Shown: positions 38,606-48,303, counted from the stretch's first letter. The stretch is DNA of 57,221 bases from Phycisphaeraceae bacterium (GCA_040905565.1 JBBDRF010000010.1:1-57221), one strand, 5' to 3'. The notes: generated from the letters alone by a model not told the origin. Numbers and translations are program-made.

Positions 38606-40231
38606 TTACTCGGACTCGGACTCAGCATTCAGTGCCGACAGCCGTCTTCCCGCCACCTGCAACGCGTTGGACAGATAAATCCGATGCTCCAGCTTCAGGT
38701 CCGGATGCACCCCGTTCGCCGACAGATGCACCCTTGCGCTCATGCGGCTTTCAGGAAACCGCAGCTTCTCGCGGATCATCGGCTGCGGCTCCATTACCAC
38801 CGACCCCGCCTCGGCACCGCCCATGTAGCGGCTCACGGTATCGCTCGCTCCAGTGTGCACGTTCGTGGCCCCGTTCGTCCTGGCGTGAACCGCTTCTTCA
38901 ACGGCATAATCGACAACGTACCGGCTGCCGCCCAGACGCCTTGCCGGGTCACGCGCATCCGACGCGCGGCCCATTTCGATCACCCACCGCTGCGTCTTGC
39001 CGCCGTCGCGCATCTGCAGGCGAATGTGATGCACGCCGAAGTCGCGGCCGATCCGCCGCACCGCAGCAATGACCGATTCAGGCGTCGATGCCAGTTCCAT
39101 CTCCGCCCGCGCCAGCAGGTACCGATACCGCACCGCGAGAAACTCAAAGCGTCTGCGACGCACTTCCTGAGGCGTGAATTCCGAGAAGTACCCAAGATGA
39201 ATACTCCCGAGCACCATCACCACAATCACCACGATCAAGCCGCCGATCATGGTCACCTGGTCGTACGTCGTGCTCACGCCGATCGCGATCAGGCAGAAGA
39301 TCGCACAGAAGCCGTACAGCGCCATCGAACTTTGGCCATGGGTCAACCCGCTCGCCAGAAGCCGATGGTGAATATGATCCCGCCCGCCTGCGAAGATCGG
39401 TTTACCCTTGAGCATCCGACGCGACATCACCAGCAGCGTGTCCAGCGTCGGATAGCCCAGCAGCAACAGCGGCACCAGCATCGAACCGGCCACCGCCGCT
39501 TTCGTACTCGACGCCAGCGACAGCACCGCCAGGCTCGAGCCGAGAAACAAACTGCCCGAGTCGCCGAGGAAGATGCGCGCCGGTGCGAAGTTGTAAGGCA
39601 GGAAGCCCGCACACGCCCCCGCAAGCGCCGCCGCCACGATCAAAGCCGGCACGTTCCCCGTCATCAACGCAATCACCGCCACCGTCAACGCCACCACCAG
39701 GGCCACACCGCAGGCGAGCCCGTCGATGCCGTCGACCAGATTCAATGCGTTCGTCACGCCCACGAACCAGACCACTGTCAGCGGAATCGCCATCTGATGG
39801 AGTTCGATCACGCCCACGATCGGCAGTGAGATCCGCGAGAAAGACAAGCCGTACCCCACCACCGCCAGCGCCATGACCATCTGGATCATCAGCTTCGAGC
39901 GCGGCCGCAGCGACACGCGATCGTCGATAATCCCGATAAACGCCATGATCCCGCCCACCGCACAGACCATGTACCCCAGCCGTGTCTTGATAAACAGCTC
40001 TTCACGCACCTCCGGAATCAGCACCGATACCGCCAGCAGCGACGCGCCGAAGCCCGCGAAAATGCCCACCCCGCCCAGCGTCGGCACCACGCGCATCGAC
40101 GTCGCTTTGCGATGCGCCGGGCGGTCCAGTGCGCCGACCCGCTTGGCCAATTGAATGACCAGGGGCGTCAGCGAACCGGCGATCGCCGCCGCCGCCATGA
40201 ACATCATCAGGCCAATGCCATAGGGACTCAA
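38606..40231 (-). CDS. WecA/TagO-like undecaprenyl-phosphate HexNAc-1-P transferase with C-terminal extension
   Basis: VPTLGG; GIIDD; NALNLVDGIDGLA; YNFAPARIFLGDSGS; DHIHHRL; about 170-aa soluble tail. Confidence 0.9.
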   Translation of the reverse strand: MSPYGIGLMMFMAAAAIAGSLTPLVIQLAKRVGALDRPAHRKATSMRVVPTLGGVGIFAGFGASLLAVSVLIPEVREELFIKTRLGYMVCAVGGIMAFIGIIDDRVSLRPRSKLMIQMVMALAVVGYGLSFSRISLPIVGVIELHQMAIPLTVVWFVGVTNALNLVDGIDGLACGVALVVALTVAVIALMTGNVPALIVAAALAGACAGFLPYNFAPARIFLGDSGSLFLGSSLAVLSLASSTKAAVAGSMLVPLLLLGYPTLDTLLVMSRRMLKGKPIFAGGRDHIHHRLLASGLTHGQSSMALYGFCAIFCLIAIGVSTTYDQVTMIGGLIVVIVVMVLGSIHLGYFSEFTPQEVRRRRFEFLAVRYRYLLARAEMELASTPESVIAAVRRIGRDFGVHHIRLQMRDGGKTQRWVIEMGRASDARDPARRLGGSRYVVDYAVEEAVHARTNGATNVHTGASDTVSRYMGGAEAGSVVMEPQPMIREKLRFPESRMSARVHLSANGVHPDLKLEHRIYLSNALQVAGRRLSALNAESESE

Positions 40232-40726
40232 TGGATCACGCTTCTTCCCACATCATGCTGGTTGTTTCCCCGTCTCGCCTCGTGACGTTTTTCACGTTGC
40301 CACCAGCAGTTACACGTTTTCCAGGCTTTCGCTCAGCCCGAGCTTCGGACGCTCGATAGCGAGGCTCCGCCCCCCTCCACTGCACACTTTCCTGCTGCGG
40401 AGTCAGCCAATGATTGTCCTTCGAACCCGGAACCTTCAGGCTCCGAGTCGGGCGACCCACAGGATCAGCACCTTCGTTAAAGGCATCAGACCCGGTCGCC
40501 CCCGTACGTTCGTCGGCAATCCTGCCTGCTCACGTGAGTGCATCCCTGCGCATCGGATGGAAAAAGAGCTTGAGCGAACCCGCCCTCCCTCACCAACCCC
40601 TCACCAGCCCCCCATCCATCTCCTCTTGCCCCATAAACAGATACCACGTGGACGCATCTCATGCGCGAATTTCCCCCGCGGTCTCTGTCATATTTTGGTA
40701 AGGGTCGGGGAGGATGACCTCAGACT

Positions 40727-40755
40727 AAACTACCGCTTGCTCACCGAAGTGTCAA
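40727..40755 (-). promoter_or_regulatory. sigma70-type promoter of the polysaccharide locus
   Basis: TTGACA (40755-40750), 17-nt spacer, TAGTTT (40732-40727); AT-rich sequence upstream; points towards wecA. Confidence 0.7.
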
Positions 40756-41075
40756 TAAAAACGATCGCGATTTATCCTGTGAGCGGCGGGAGATAAACTA
40801 GGCAATCTTGCTCTCGGGAGGCATCACACGAATTACTCCCGCCGCCTTAACGGCCGAACATGGGCACAAGCTCCACAAACGACTTATAAGACTCACCTTC
40901 ACGGCAATCTGAACTTCTGCCGCCGTGTTTTGCGAGCCGAGGGGAGCATCACATTAGCTAGAAAAATTTATTACCGCAGCATTTATTCATGAGGTATAGT
41001 TACACCAGCGGGGGATCCGGACCGGGGTACGAAAACCAGCGGATTGATGCCGCTTCACACCGAAAGATTCCCGTC

Positions 41076-41930
41076 ATGCGTATTGCAGTCTCTTCATTTT
41101 GCGGATGCGCCGTCCTTGCCATCTCCATGTCACTGGCCACGCCCGCCCAGGCGTCTTGGGCTGAGTTCGCATATTCGCAGGCTGGCGACCATCGCGACGC
41201 CACCGTTCGATTCGAGGTTGTCAACGGCGACCTCGTCGTCCGACTCTCCAACACCTCCATGGCCAACAGCAGCGAACCGAACGACCTCATCCAAGGCGTC
41301 TTCTTCAACTCCAGCACCCCCCTGAAGACCAGCGCCGACGGGCTCAGAAGTGACACCGGCCTCGCGGGCAACCCCTCCGACCGCGCCATCCTCCCCACCG
41401 GCTCCTATCTCAGCCCGTGGGACGGCCCGGACATCCGTGACGTCAGCACCAAGTGGGCTTATCGCGGTGACCTCGACACCAGAAAAGCGCCGGCGCAGTA
41501 CGGTTTCGCCGCGGCCGGCCTCAATTTCTTCGGCAAGCACGACCTTCTCGACGAAGAAAGCGAAACCCCCGGCTCGCCCAGCGGCATGGACTACGGCCTA
41601 CTCTCAAAAGGCAACATCGAGGGCGATGCCAACAGCTCCATCGACGACGCGAGCGACACGAACACGCCCTTCATCTTCTATGAAGTGGAATTCGTCCTCA
41701 CCGATTTCGACTTCGGCGGTCTCGACGTCACGACCGACATCACCGACGTCATCTTCCAGTACGGCACGACGCTGGACAAGAATTCCACCGTCCCCTCCAA
41801 CACCACCACCTTCACCAACCACCTCATCCCCACACCAACGGCCTCGACGGCCGGCGCGCTGATGATGCTGATCGTCGCCGCGAGCTTCCGCTACCGCCGG
41901 GAACCGGAATACCAGTCCGCCATCGCTTAA
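41076..41930 (+). CDS. Secreted surface protein with PEP-CTERM-like (IPTP) sorting signal
   Basis: Signal peptide ending PAQA-S; LVVRLSNTS..P.DLIQGVFF, WAY and FQYGT motifs recall exosortase-dependent (XDD4-like) proteins, family assignment unverified; C-terminus LIPTPTASTAGALMMLIVAASFRYRREPEYQSAIA. Confidence 0.85.
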   Translation: MRIAVSSFCGCAVLAISMSLATPAQASWAEFAYSQAGDHRDATVRFEVVNGDLVVRLSNTSMANSSEPNDLIQGVFFNSSTPLKTSADGLRSDTGLAGNPSDRAILPTGSYLSPWDGPDIRDVSTKWAYRGDLDTRKAPAQYGFAAAGLNFFGKHDLLDEESETPGSPSGMDYGLLSKGNIEGDANSSIDDASDTNTPFIFYEVEFVLTDFDFGGLDVTTDITDVIFQYGTTLDKNSTVPSNTTTFTNHLIPTPTASTAGALMMLIVAASFRYRREPEYQSAIA

Positions 41931-41946
41931 GAAACACTGCCACGGC

Positions 41947-42762
41947 CTACGCTCCGTCCCGCTGCTCCTGAGCCCCCCGCGTCGCGCCAGCATGCGTCGC
42001 GGCTCGCAGTTCCGCCGTATCCCAATGCCGATGATTCCCCACGCCGTCCGCCGGGGCCTCGCAAAGATACGTTTCCGGTGCCGGTCGATTCACCACGCTC
42101 AGCCCCGTTGAACGCAGCATCGCTTCGCAGGCTGCTGGATTCGGTGCCCACCAATTCGTCGGATCGTTCTGTAACCGATGCTCGATGAACGCCATTCGAG
42201 GCCAATGCTCATCCGTCAACGGCTGCCTTGCGTGGATCGGTATGTCTTCAGGCGTCGGTCCCGTCGCCGCCGGCCCGGGCATCTGCAGCGTCTGAAACAC
42301 CATCAGTTTTCGCACACACTGCGCCACGATGTCCAGCCCCAGCAGCGGATAGCGCAGGTGATAAAACACCCCCATAAACAGCACCAGGTCAAACTGCTCC
42401 CCCCTGTCCACCAGGTCGTACACCTGCCGCCGTTCGAACCGCACCGCATCTTCAAGTCCGAACTGCCCCGCTGCCCACCGCGCCTGCCTCAGGTAATGCT
42501 CATCGTGATCGATACCGAGCACGCTCGCCCCCCGGTCGGCAAGCTCAAAACAATAGAACCCCGCATTGCACCCGATGTCCAGCACCGACCAGCCCCGCAA
42601 ATCCGCCGGCAGATGAGGCGAAATCGTCAGCCATGCCCTGCTGGGAAAGTCACCCAGATAATGCTCCGGCGCGGTCTGCGTGCCGTCCGGTAGATGAAGG
42701 TTGTGGAACCATGGCCCGAGCTGCTCGATCGAGCGTTGCACGTCCTGGTGAATTTCAGCCAT
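41947..42762 (-). CDS. SAM-dependent methyltransferase, TIGR04290-like
   Basis: LGPWFHNLHL..TAPEHYLGDFP; VLDIGCNAGFY; LFMGVFYHLRYP; DPTNWWAPN. Confidence 0.85.
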   Translation of the reverse strand: MAEIHQDVQRSIEQLGPWFHNLHLPDGTQTAPEHYLGDFPSRAWLTISPHLPADLRGWSVLDIGCNAGFYCFELADRGASVLGIDHDEHYLRQARWAAGQFGLEDAVRFERRQVYDLVDRGEQFDLVLFMGVFYHLRYPLLGLDIVAQCVRKLMVFQTLQMPGPAATGPTPEDIPIHARQPLTDEHWPRMAFIEHRLQNDPTNWWAPNPAACEAMLRSTGLSVVNRPAPETYLCEAPADGVGNHRHWDTAELRAATHAGATRGAQEQRDGA

Positions 42763-42786
42763 CCCAACTTCCCCGAGCGGCCGGCC

Positions 42787-43908
42787 TCAACCGGCGGCGG
42801 CATCCGCGGAAGGCGAAGCTGCACCCCGCCCGCTTCGCAACTGTTCAACCAATCCCTCCAGCTCAACGGCACGCACATCCGACGAATGTTCGCGCAGCAC
42901 ACGCTGTCGGGCACGATGAGCCATCTGCCGACGATCGTCCTCACTGAACCGCCGCAGGTAACGCAGCACGTCGTCCGTGTCGTCGGCAATCAAAATCTCC
43001 GTATCCGGCTCAAAAAACTGATCAAGCCCTTCCCACCAGTCGCTGATGATCGGCGTCCCGCACGCCGCCGCCTCAAACAGCCGAACGCTCGGCGAATACC
43101 CCGCCCGCACCATGTCCGACCGCGTCAGGTTCAGCGTGAACCGCTGCTCATGATAAAACTCAGGATGATCAGGCGGCGCAAGATGGTCCACCCGCTCGAC
43201 CGAATCAGGCCAATCCACCTTCTCCGGGTACTGAGGCCCCGCCACCACGAAACGCCCCTCCGGCCACTTCCGCGCCGGCTCGATCAGAAGCTTCTCAAGC
43301 TTCGGCTGCCGATCGTCGCTGTAGGTGCCCATGTAGCCCAGGTCCCACTGGCTGGGCACCACGGCCGGCGGATACGCATCCACATCCACACAACAGTAGA
43401 ACGCCTTGGCCATCGCCGCCCCCCACCGCTGCCGCAGATGGTGAACCGTCGGCCCGCCCGTGAACGAAAGATAAATCGAAAAGCGCCGCAGCAGTTCCGC
43501 ATCAAGATAATCGCAACTGTTCTTCTCCATCGCCGCCAGCGTCACCGGCGTGTCGATATCGTAAAAGGCCGTGAACCCCTCAGCTGTATCGTTCACCCAC
43601 CGCCCCACCGCATGCCCATCCGGCACGAACGAGCCGACGATCACCAGATCCGCCGACCGCACCCGCTCGGCGTACTGCGTGATCAGATCATCCAGACTGT
43701 CATACAGCCGCACCGGCCCCACCGCAGAAGGCGGCGCGTCACGTGCCGATGCGTACCAGGGCATGTCGCGCTCAAGGAACAACACCCGATGCTGCCGCTT
43801 GATCAGCGACTTCACCAACGCCCGGTAGATCGTCGCATGACCATTGCCCCACGAGGACGTCATCGACAAACCGAGCACAACGATATTCAACGGCCGATCC
43901 TGCATCAT
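42787..43908 (-). CDS. CgeB family glycosyltransferase
   Basis: GLSMTSSWGNGHAT; FYDIDTPVT; TLNLTR; SPSVRLFEAAACG. Confidence 0.85.
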   Translation of the reverse strand: MMQDRPLNIVVLGLSMTSSWGNGHATIYRALVKSLIKRQHRVLFLERDMPWYASARDAPPSAVGPVRLYDSLDDLITQYAERVRSADLVIVGSFVPDGHAVGRWVNDTAEGFTAFYDIDTPVTLAAMEKNSCDYLDAELLRRFSIYLSFTGGPTVHHLRQRWGAAMAKAFYCCVDVDAYPPAVVPSQWDLGYMGTYSDDRQPKLEKLLIEPARKWPEGRFVVAGPQYPEKVDWPDSVERVDHLAPPDHPEFYHEQRFTLNLTRSDMVRAGYSPSVRLFEAAACGTPIISDWWEGLDQFFEPDTEILIADDTDDVLRYLRRFSEDDRRQMAHRARQRVLREHSSDVRAVELEGLVEQLRSGRGAASPSADAAAG

Positions 43909-43938
43909 GATCCGTTCCTCTTTGGCTGCTCTATGAGT

Positions 43939-45057
43939 TCAGGCGGTGTGCTGGGCGATGCGCGGACGCGACTGTCCCGGTGCCGCGTCGAGCACCTCCT
44001 CCAGCAGTGCCGCCCGATGATGGTAAGTATGCTCAGCCAGCGCACGCTCCCGCGCCGCCTGGCCGATACGTGCCGTTACCGCAGGATCGAGTTCGCAGAG
44101 TTGTTGCGCGACATCGCGGCCGTTCTCCGCGAGCAGAACCTCCTCGCCGGGCTCGAAGAACTGCTCCACGCCTTTGAACGTGTCGGTCAGCACGCACGCC
44201 CCCGCCCCGCAGGCTTCAAACACCCGCGTCGCCGGCGAGAAACCGTAGCTCGCCATGCTCTCACGATTGATGTTCAGCACGACGCGAGCCGAGCAGTTGA
44301 AGGCGTTGTGATCGCGCGTGTAAACATGCCCGACATACCGCACGTTCGGCGGCATCATCTTGCCTTCCCACCCGCTACCGCCGAGCGAGAACGACTGCTC
44401 CGTACAGCGTTGCGCCGCTTCGAAAAAGTAATCGTCAACACGCGCTTCACGGTCGGGCAGCCGATTCCCCAGGAAGCCCAGATCCGCTGCGAACCGCTGC
44501 TTTGCCGGCACGGGGAAATGCGTGTCCGCATCGTGCGCGTTGTAGATCGGCACCACGCGCTGTGCGCCGAGTTCGGTGTAAGCGTTCACCACCGGCGCGC
44601 CGCCGCCGTAGGTCAGCACCAGATCGTACTGACTGATCCATCGGCGTAGCGGATCGTTCGGATGCTTGGCCAGGCGGTCCAGCGTGGCCGGCGCATCAAC
44701 ATCCCAGAACGCAGCGACGCGCGACGCCGACTGCATCTCCAGCACTTCCGCTTCGAGCAGTTCATCGAACACACCCACGCCGCTGGCCTTGATGACCAGA
44801 TCCGCGTGCCGGGCATCGTGCAGCGCCTTGCGCACCCCCGCCGTTCCATCGGCGGAGTAAACCACAACGCGCGCCCAAGGCGGGTCGTCGATGTCGCGAT
44901 GCTGCTGCCGTTCCAGAACGTCCGGCTCATAAAAAGTCACGCGATGCCCACGCTCGTGAAGCGCTCGCACGATGCCGCGGTAGTACGTGGCCGCCCCGTT
45001 CCAGTAGGCCGAAACAAGGCTGGAACCGAAAAAGGCGATGTTCATTCCGTGACGCAT
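43939..45057 (-). CDS. CgeB family glycosyltransferase
   Basis: GSSLVSAYWNGAATYYRG; FWDVDAPAT; GNRLPDRE; SPATRVFEA. Confidence 0.85.
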   Translation of the reverse strand: MRHGMNIAFFGSSLVSAYWNGAATYYRGIVRALHERGHRVTFYEPDVLERQQHRDIDDPPWARVVVYSADGTAGVRKALHDARHADLVIKASGVGVFDELLEAEVLEMQSASRVAAFWDVDAPATLDRLAKHPNDPLRRWISQYDLVLTYGGGAPVVNAYTELGAQRVVPIYNAHDADTHFPVPAKQRFAADLGFLGNRLPDREARVDDYFFEAAQRCTEQSFSLGGSGWEGKMMPPNVRYVGHVYTRDHNAFNCSARVVLNINRESMASYGFSPATRVFEACGAGACVLTDTFKGVEQFFEPGEEVLLAENGRDVAQQLCELDPAVTARIGQAARERALAEHTYHHRAALLEEVLDAAPGQSRPRIAQHTA

Positions 45058-45074
45058 GAGGGGTCCCCCGTTGG

Positions 45075-46208
45075 TCAGGCGACCGACGCCACCGGCCCGA
45101 AGCCGCTGGTCGTGTCGGTCCCGTGAAGGTCGCGAATAATGCTGAGCAGTTCGTCCACGCGATGAGCGCAGGTGTGATGGCGTTCGATCGTTTGCCGGCC
45201 GTTACGTGCCAACGCGCTGCCGAGCCGCCGGTCTTCCAGAAGGTCACGCAGATGGGCCGTCATCTCGTCGCCGTTGTTGGCGCGCAGGTAGTCGTGGCCT
45301 GATCGGAACAGGCCTTCGCTGTCGACCCACGGCGCGGAGACGAGCGGGATGCCGCACGCCAACGCTTCGAACACACGAATCGTCGGAATGCCCGGCAGCT
45401 GCTTCGCGTAGTAACCACGCGGCACATGAACCGTCGCCCGGTAACTGGCAAACACCTCAGGCACACGATGATTCGGCAGCCAACCCTTGTAAGCGATGCC
45501 CGCGCGATCCAGCGCACGGATCGCACTTTCGGGGTAGCGCACCCCGTACACCGCCGCCCGCAGACCGAGGCGTTGCACCGGTTCGATCAAATATTCCTGC
45601 AGTTCTGCAGTGCGTTCCTCATCGCCCCAGTTGCCGATCCACACGACGTCGCCGCGGCAGCGTGCGCAGCTGCGCGGGTGAAACGTGCGGATATCCGCCG
45701 CTTCATGCCATGCCCACACCCGCCGTGTCCAGCCCCGGCTTCGGTACACCTCACCGATCACGCGCCCGAACGCCAGCACGCCGTCGTAGCTGCTCAGATC
45801 AAGCTTGCCGATCTCACCGGGGGTGCTGACCGCGCGATGGTGCGTGTCATGAAACAGCAGCCGATAGTGCCCTCTCCTGCGACGATGCGCGCCGATTGCA
45901 GCAACAAGCGCCGGCTCGTTCCACTCATGCACCATCACCACGTCCGCCCCCGCCAGCGCACGATCCAGATTCAGCGTGCGCGCATCGTAAAACGTGCTGC
46001 TGAGATGCGGGAACGCCCGGCGGAAACCGGTCACGGCGCCCCCGCCATGCTCCGCAATCAGGTTGCGTCGGCTCCAGCCATCCCGCGGCTCGTAGACGAT
46101 CACCTCGTGCCCGCGACTGAGCAGTTCGCTCACAATTCCCCGAAGAAAATGGGCGTTGCCGTGGTTCCAATCTGAAATCAGCGAGTGGTAAAACATCACG
46201 ACTCGCAT
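45075..46208 (-). CDS. CgeB family glycosyltransferase
   Basis: HSLISDWNHGNAHFLRG; FHDTHHR; GNWGDEER; PTIRVFEALACG. Confidence 0.85.
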   Translation of the reverse strand: MRVVMFYHSLISDWNHGNAHFLRGIVSELLSRGHEVIVYEPRDGWSRRNLIAEHGGGAVTGFRRAFPHLSSTFYDARTLNLDRALAGADVVMVHEWNEPALVAAIGAHRRRRGHYRLLFHDTHHRAVSTPGEIGKLDLSSYDGVLAFGRVIGEVYRSRGWTRRVWAWHEAADIRTFHPRSCARCRGDVVWIGNWGDEERTAELQEYLIEPVQRLGLRAAVYGVRYPESAIRALDRAGIAYKGWLPNHRVPEVFASYRATVHVPRGYYAKQLPGIPTIRVFEALACGIPLVSAPWVDSEGLFRSGHDYLRANNGDEMTAHLRDLLEDRRLGSALARNGRQTIERHHTCAHRVDELLSIIRDLHGTDTTSGFGPVASVA

Positions 46209-47296
46209 GAGTATGCTCCTTCCATTCGGCCGCCTCGTCGATGGATCGTTTCGTAGAGTTCCATGTAGCGTTGCGCCATCGCCTCCGTCGTATACCGCCG
46301 CGCCCTCCGCCGCGCGCGCCGCGCCATGCGTCGCATCAGTGCCGGCTCATCGATGTACCGACGGATCGCTCGGCGGAGCGCACGCGCATCGTTCGCGTCC
46401 ACGTAACACGCCGCATCGCCCCACACCTCACGCAGGCTCGCGATATCCGCCAGAATCAGCGCACAGCCAGACAGCGCCGCCTCAACGACCGAAAGCCCGA
46501 ACGGCTCATAACGGGCCGGCAGCACGTAGATCGACGCCCGGCTCATCCACTCCGCCACCCGCGTCGACGGCAGCGATCCCAGACAATGCACATGCCGCGT
46601 CCGCGCCTTGTGGCGATCTTCGCAGTGATCCGGTCCCGCCACGTAAACAGGCCAGGGCAGATGCGCCGCGGCCGCTTCGATGGTCTGCAGATTCTTCGCC
46701 TCGTCCCACATCCGCCCCGCCGTCATCACCAGCGGCTGCTTCTCGCCGGCCAGGAACGCCGTGCCGTCGCGACCGTTGGGAATCACGTGGCCGGTGTCGA
46801 CCGCACCATGCGCTTCCTGCAGTGCCGTCAGCATCGCCTCGGTCGGGGCCACCACCGCAGCCGCCGCTTCGAGTCCCTCGCGAACCGCAGCCCGATACGC
46901 ATCCCACGATGCCGGTGCCGCCTCGCCCCGCACCGCTTGCCACCATGTACAGACACACGAATGCGCCACCACCACCACCGGGGCCTCCCACCGCAACGCC
47001 GCATGGGCGTACCCGTTGAGATGCACGATGTCCGGCTGAAAATGTCGGTTCAACTCAAGCAGCCATTCGCCGGCTCCGGCCACGTCGTCCGCCGCGGCAG
47101 GCATCCACTCCAGGCGAAAATCCGATTCGTGAAGTTCCACCCCCGCCTCGGCTGCCTTGCGTCGCTGCTCGTGCGTCGGAAGCGGGCCCATCGTCGCCAG
47201 CACCACACGCAACCCGTGACGGTCCAGCGCCGCCGCGAGGTCAAGAGCGTACGTCCACACGCCGCCGATCGTGTCCGTGGTCATCAGAATCGTCAC
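46196..47296 (-). CDS. Glycosyltransferase family 4
   Basis: TTDTIGGVWTY; AGRMWDEAKN; YEPFGLSVVEAA. Confidence 0.9.
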   Translation of the reverse strand: MTILMTTDTIGGVWTYALDLAAALDRHGLRVVLATMGPLPTHEQRRKAAEAGVELHESDFRLEWMPAAADDVAGAGEWLLELNRHFQPDIVHLNGYAHAALRWEAPVVVVAHSCVCTWWQAVRGEAAPASWDAYRAAVREGLEAAAAVVAPTEAMLTALQEAHGAVDTGHVIPNGRDGTAFLAGEKQPLVMTAGRMWDEAKNLQTIEAAAAHLPWPVYVAGPDHCEDRHKARTRHVHCLGSLPSTRVAEWMSRASIYVLPARYEPFGLSVVEAALSGCALILADIASLREVWGDAACYVDANDARALRRAIRRYIDEPALMRRMARRARRRARRYTTEAMAQRYMELYETIHRRGGRMEGAYSCES

Positions 47297-48303
47297 GGCT
47301 GCTCCGTCAACATCAAAGCCTTGATGAACCCCGCCGGCCGATTGCGTGTGAGTTCCAGCGCCTCCCCCAGTTGCTCCAGCGGAAATCGATGCGTGTAAAG
47401 CGGGAACGGATCCAGCTGCCCGTCGGCCACAGCCTCCATCGCCGCCATGATCCCCCGCACATAAACACGCTCTTCACGTTCATGCGCGTTCACCACATCA
47501 AGCCCGCGCCAGTTCCACAGCTGCATGTTCACCGCACGCGGCCCGTCCTGGTGAAACCCCGCAATGATCAGACGTCCGCGTTCTCTCGTGATTTCGCCCG
47601 CCAGTTCAAGCGGCTCCTGCTTGCCCGTCGCTTCGATCACGCGGTCGCACAACTCACCATGCGTCAGGCTGCGCACCGCATCGACGACCGACCACGTCGG
47701 ACCCATCGGCAGCACTTCCGCCGCCCCCATCCGCTCAGCCATCTCAAGCGAATACTGACGCCGCGAGATCGCAATCACGTTCGCCCCCGCTTTGCTCGCC
47801 AGTTGCGTCAGCAGCGCCCCCAGGAACCCCGCGCCCACGATCGCTACCGTTTGCCCTTCGCGAATCTGACTGCGTGCCCAGATGTTCATCGCACAACCCA
47901 GCGGCTCGCCGGGCAGCGGCATCTCCGCAAGCGCCGCCGGGATCGGAATCACCGCCGCTTCCTCCGCCACATCAAACTGCGCATACGCGTTCTGCGAAAG
48001 CAGCGCCACCGGCTGCCCCTCATCCAACTGCGTCACGCCCGCGCCGAGCCGATCCACGACGCCCCAGCCCTCGTGCCCAAGCTGCCCCGGCCCCATCGGA
48101 TACCGGAACCACGAACGCCCCTCCCAAGGCGGCACATTCGACGCACACACCCCGCATCCACGAATCCGCACCCGCACCTGCCCCGGCCCCGGTTCAGGCA
48201 TCGGCACCCGCTTCACCCGTGCCAGCCGCGGACGATCGACATACCCCGCCATCATCGTCTCGCGGTCCACCTGCGTTGCCACCTGTTCGATTCCTGTGCT
48301 CAT
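47293..48303 (-). CDS. MDR / zinc-dependent alcohol dehydrogenase-like protein
   Basis: GVCASN; GHEGWG; GAGFLG; lacks the four-Cys structural zinc lobe. Confidence 0.85.
   Translation of the reverse strand: MSTGIEQVATQVDRETMMAGYVDRPRLARVKRVPMPEPGPGQVRVRIRGCGVCASNVPPWEGRSWFRYPMGPGQLGHEGWGVVDRLGAGVTQLDEGQPVALLSQNAYAQFDVAEEAAVIPIPAALAEMPLPGEPLGCAMNIWARSQIREGQTVAIVGAGFLGALLTQLASKAGANVIAISRRQYSLEMAERMGAAEVLPMGPTWSVVDAVRSLTHGELCDRVIEATGKQEPLELAGEITRERGRLIIAGFHQDGPRAVNMQLWNWRGLDVVNAHEREERVYVRGIMAAMEAVADGQLDPFPLYTHRFPLEQLGEALELTRNRPAGFIKALMLTEQP

Noticed and set aside
36712..39072. 786-aa plus-strand ORF
   Set aside because: Antisense shadow of the exosortase and wecA genes; His/Arg/Gln-rich with no motifs, as expected in GC-rich DNA.
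40236..40460. 74-aa ORF in the EPS leader as a protein-coding gene
   Set aside because: The GTG start is buried in a hairpin, there is no SD and no recognisable motif; treated as leader sequence.
40232..40726. c-di-GMP-I riboswitch in the EPS leader
   Set aside because: By eye I found no GCAAAC..GNRA..GACGCAAAG core; an Rfam scan would be decisive.
42694..44649. 651-aa plus-strand ORF
   Set aside because: Antisense to two well-supported CgeB-family genes.
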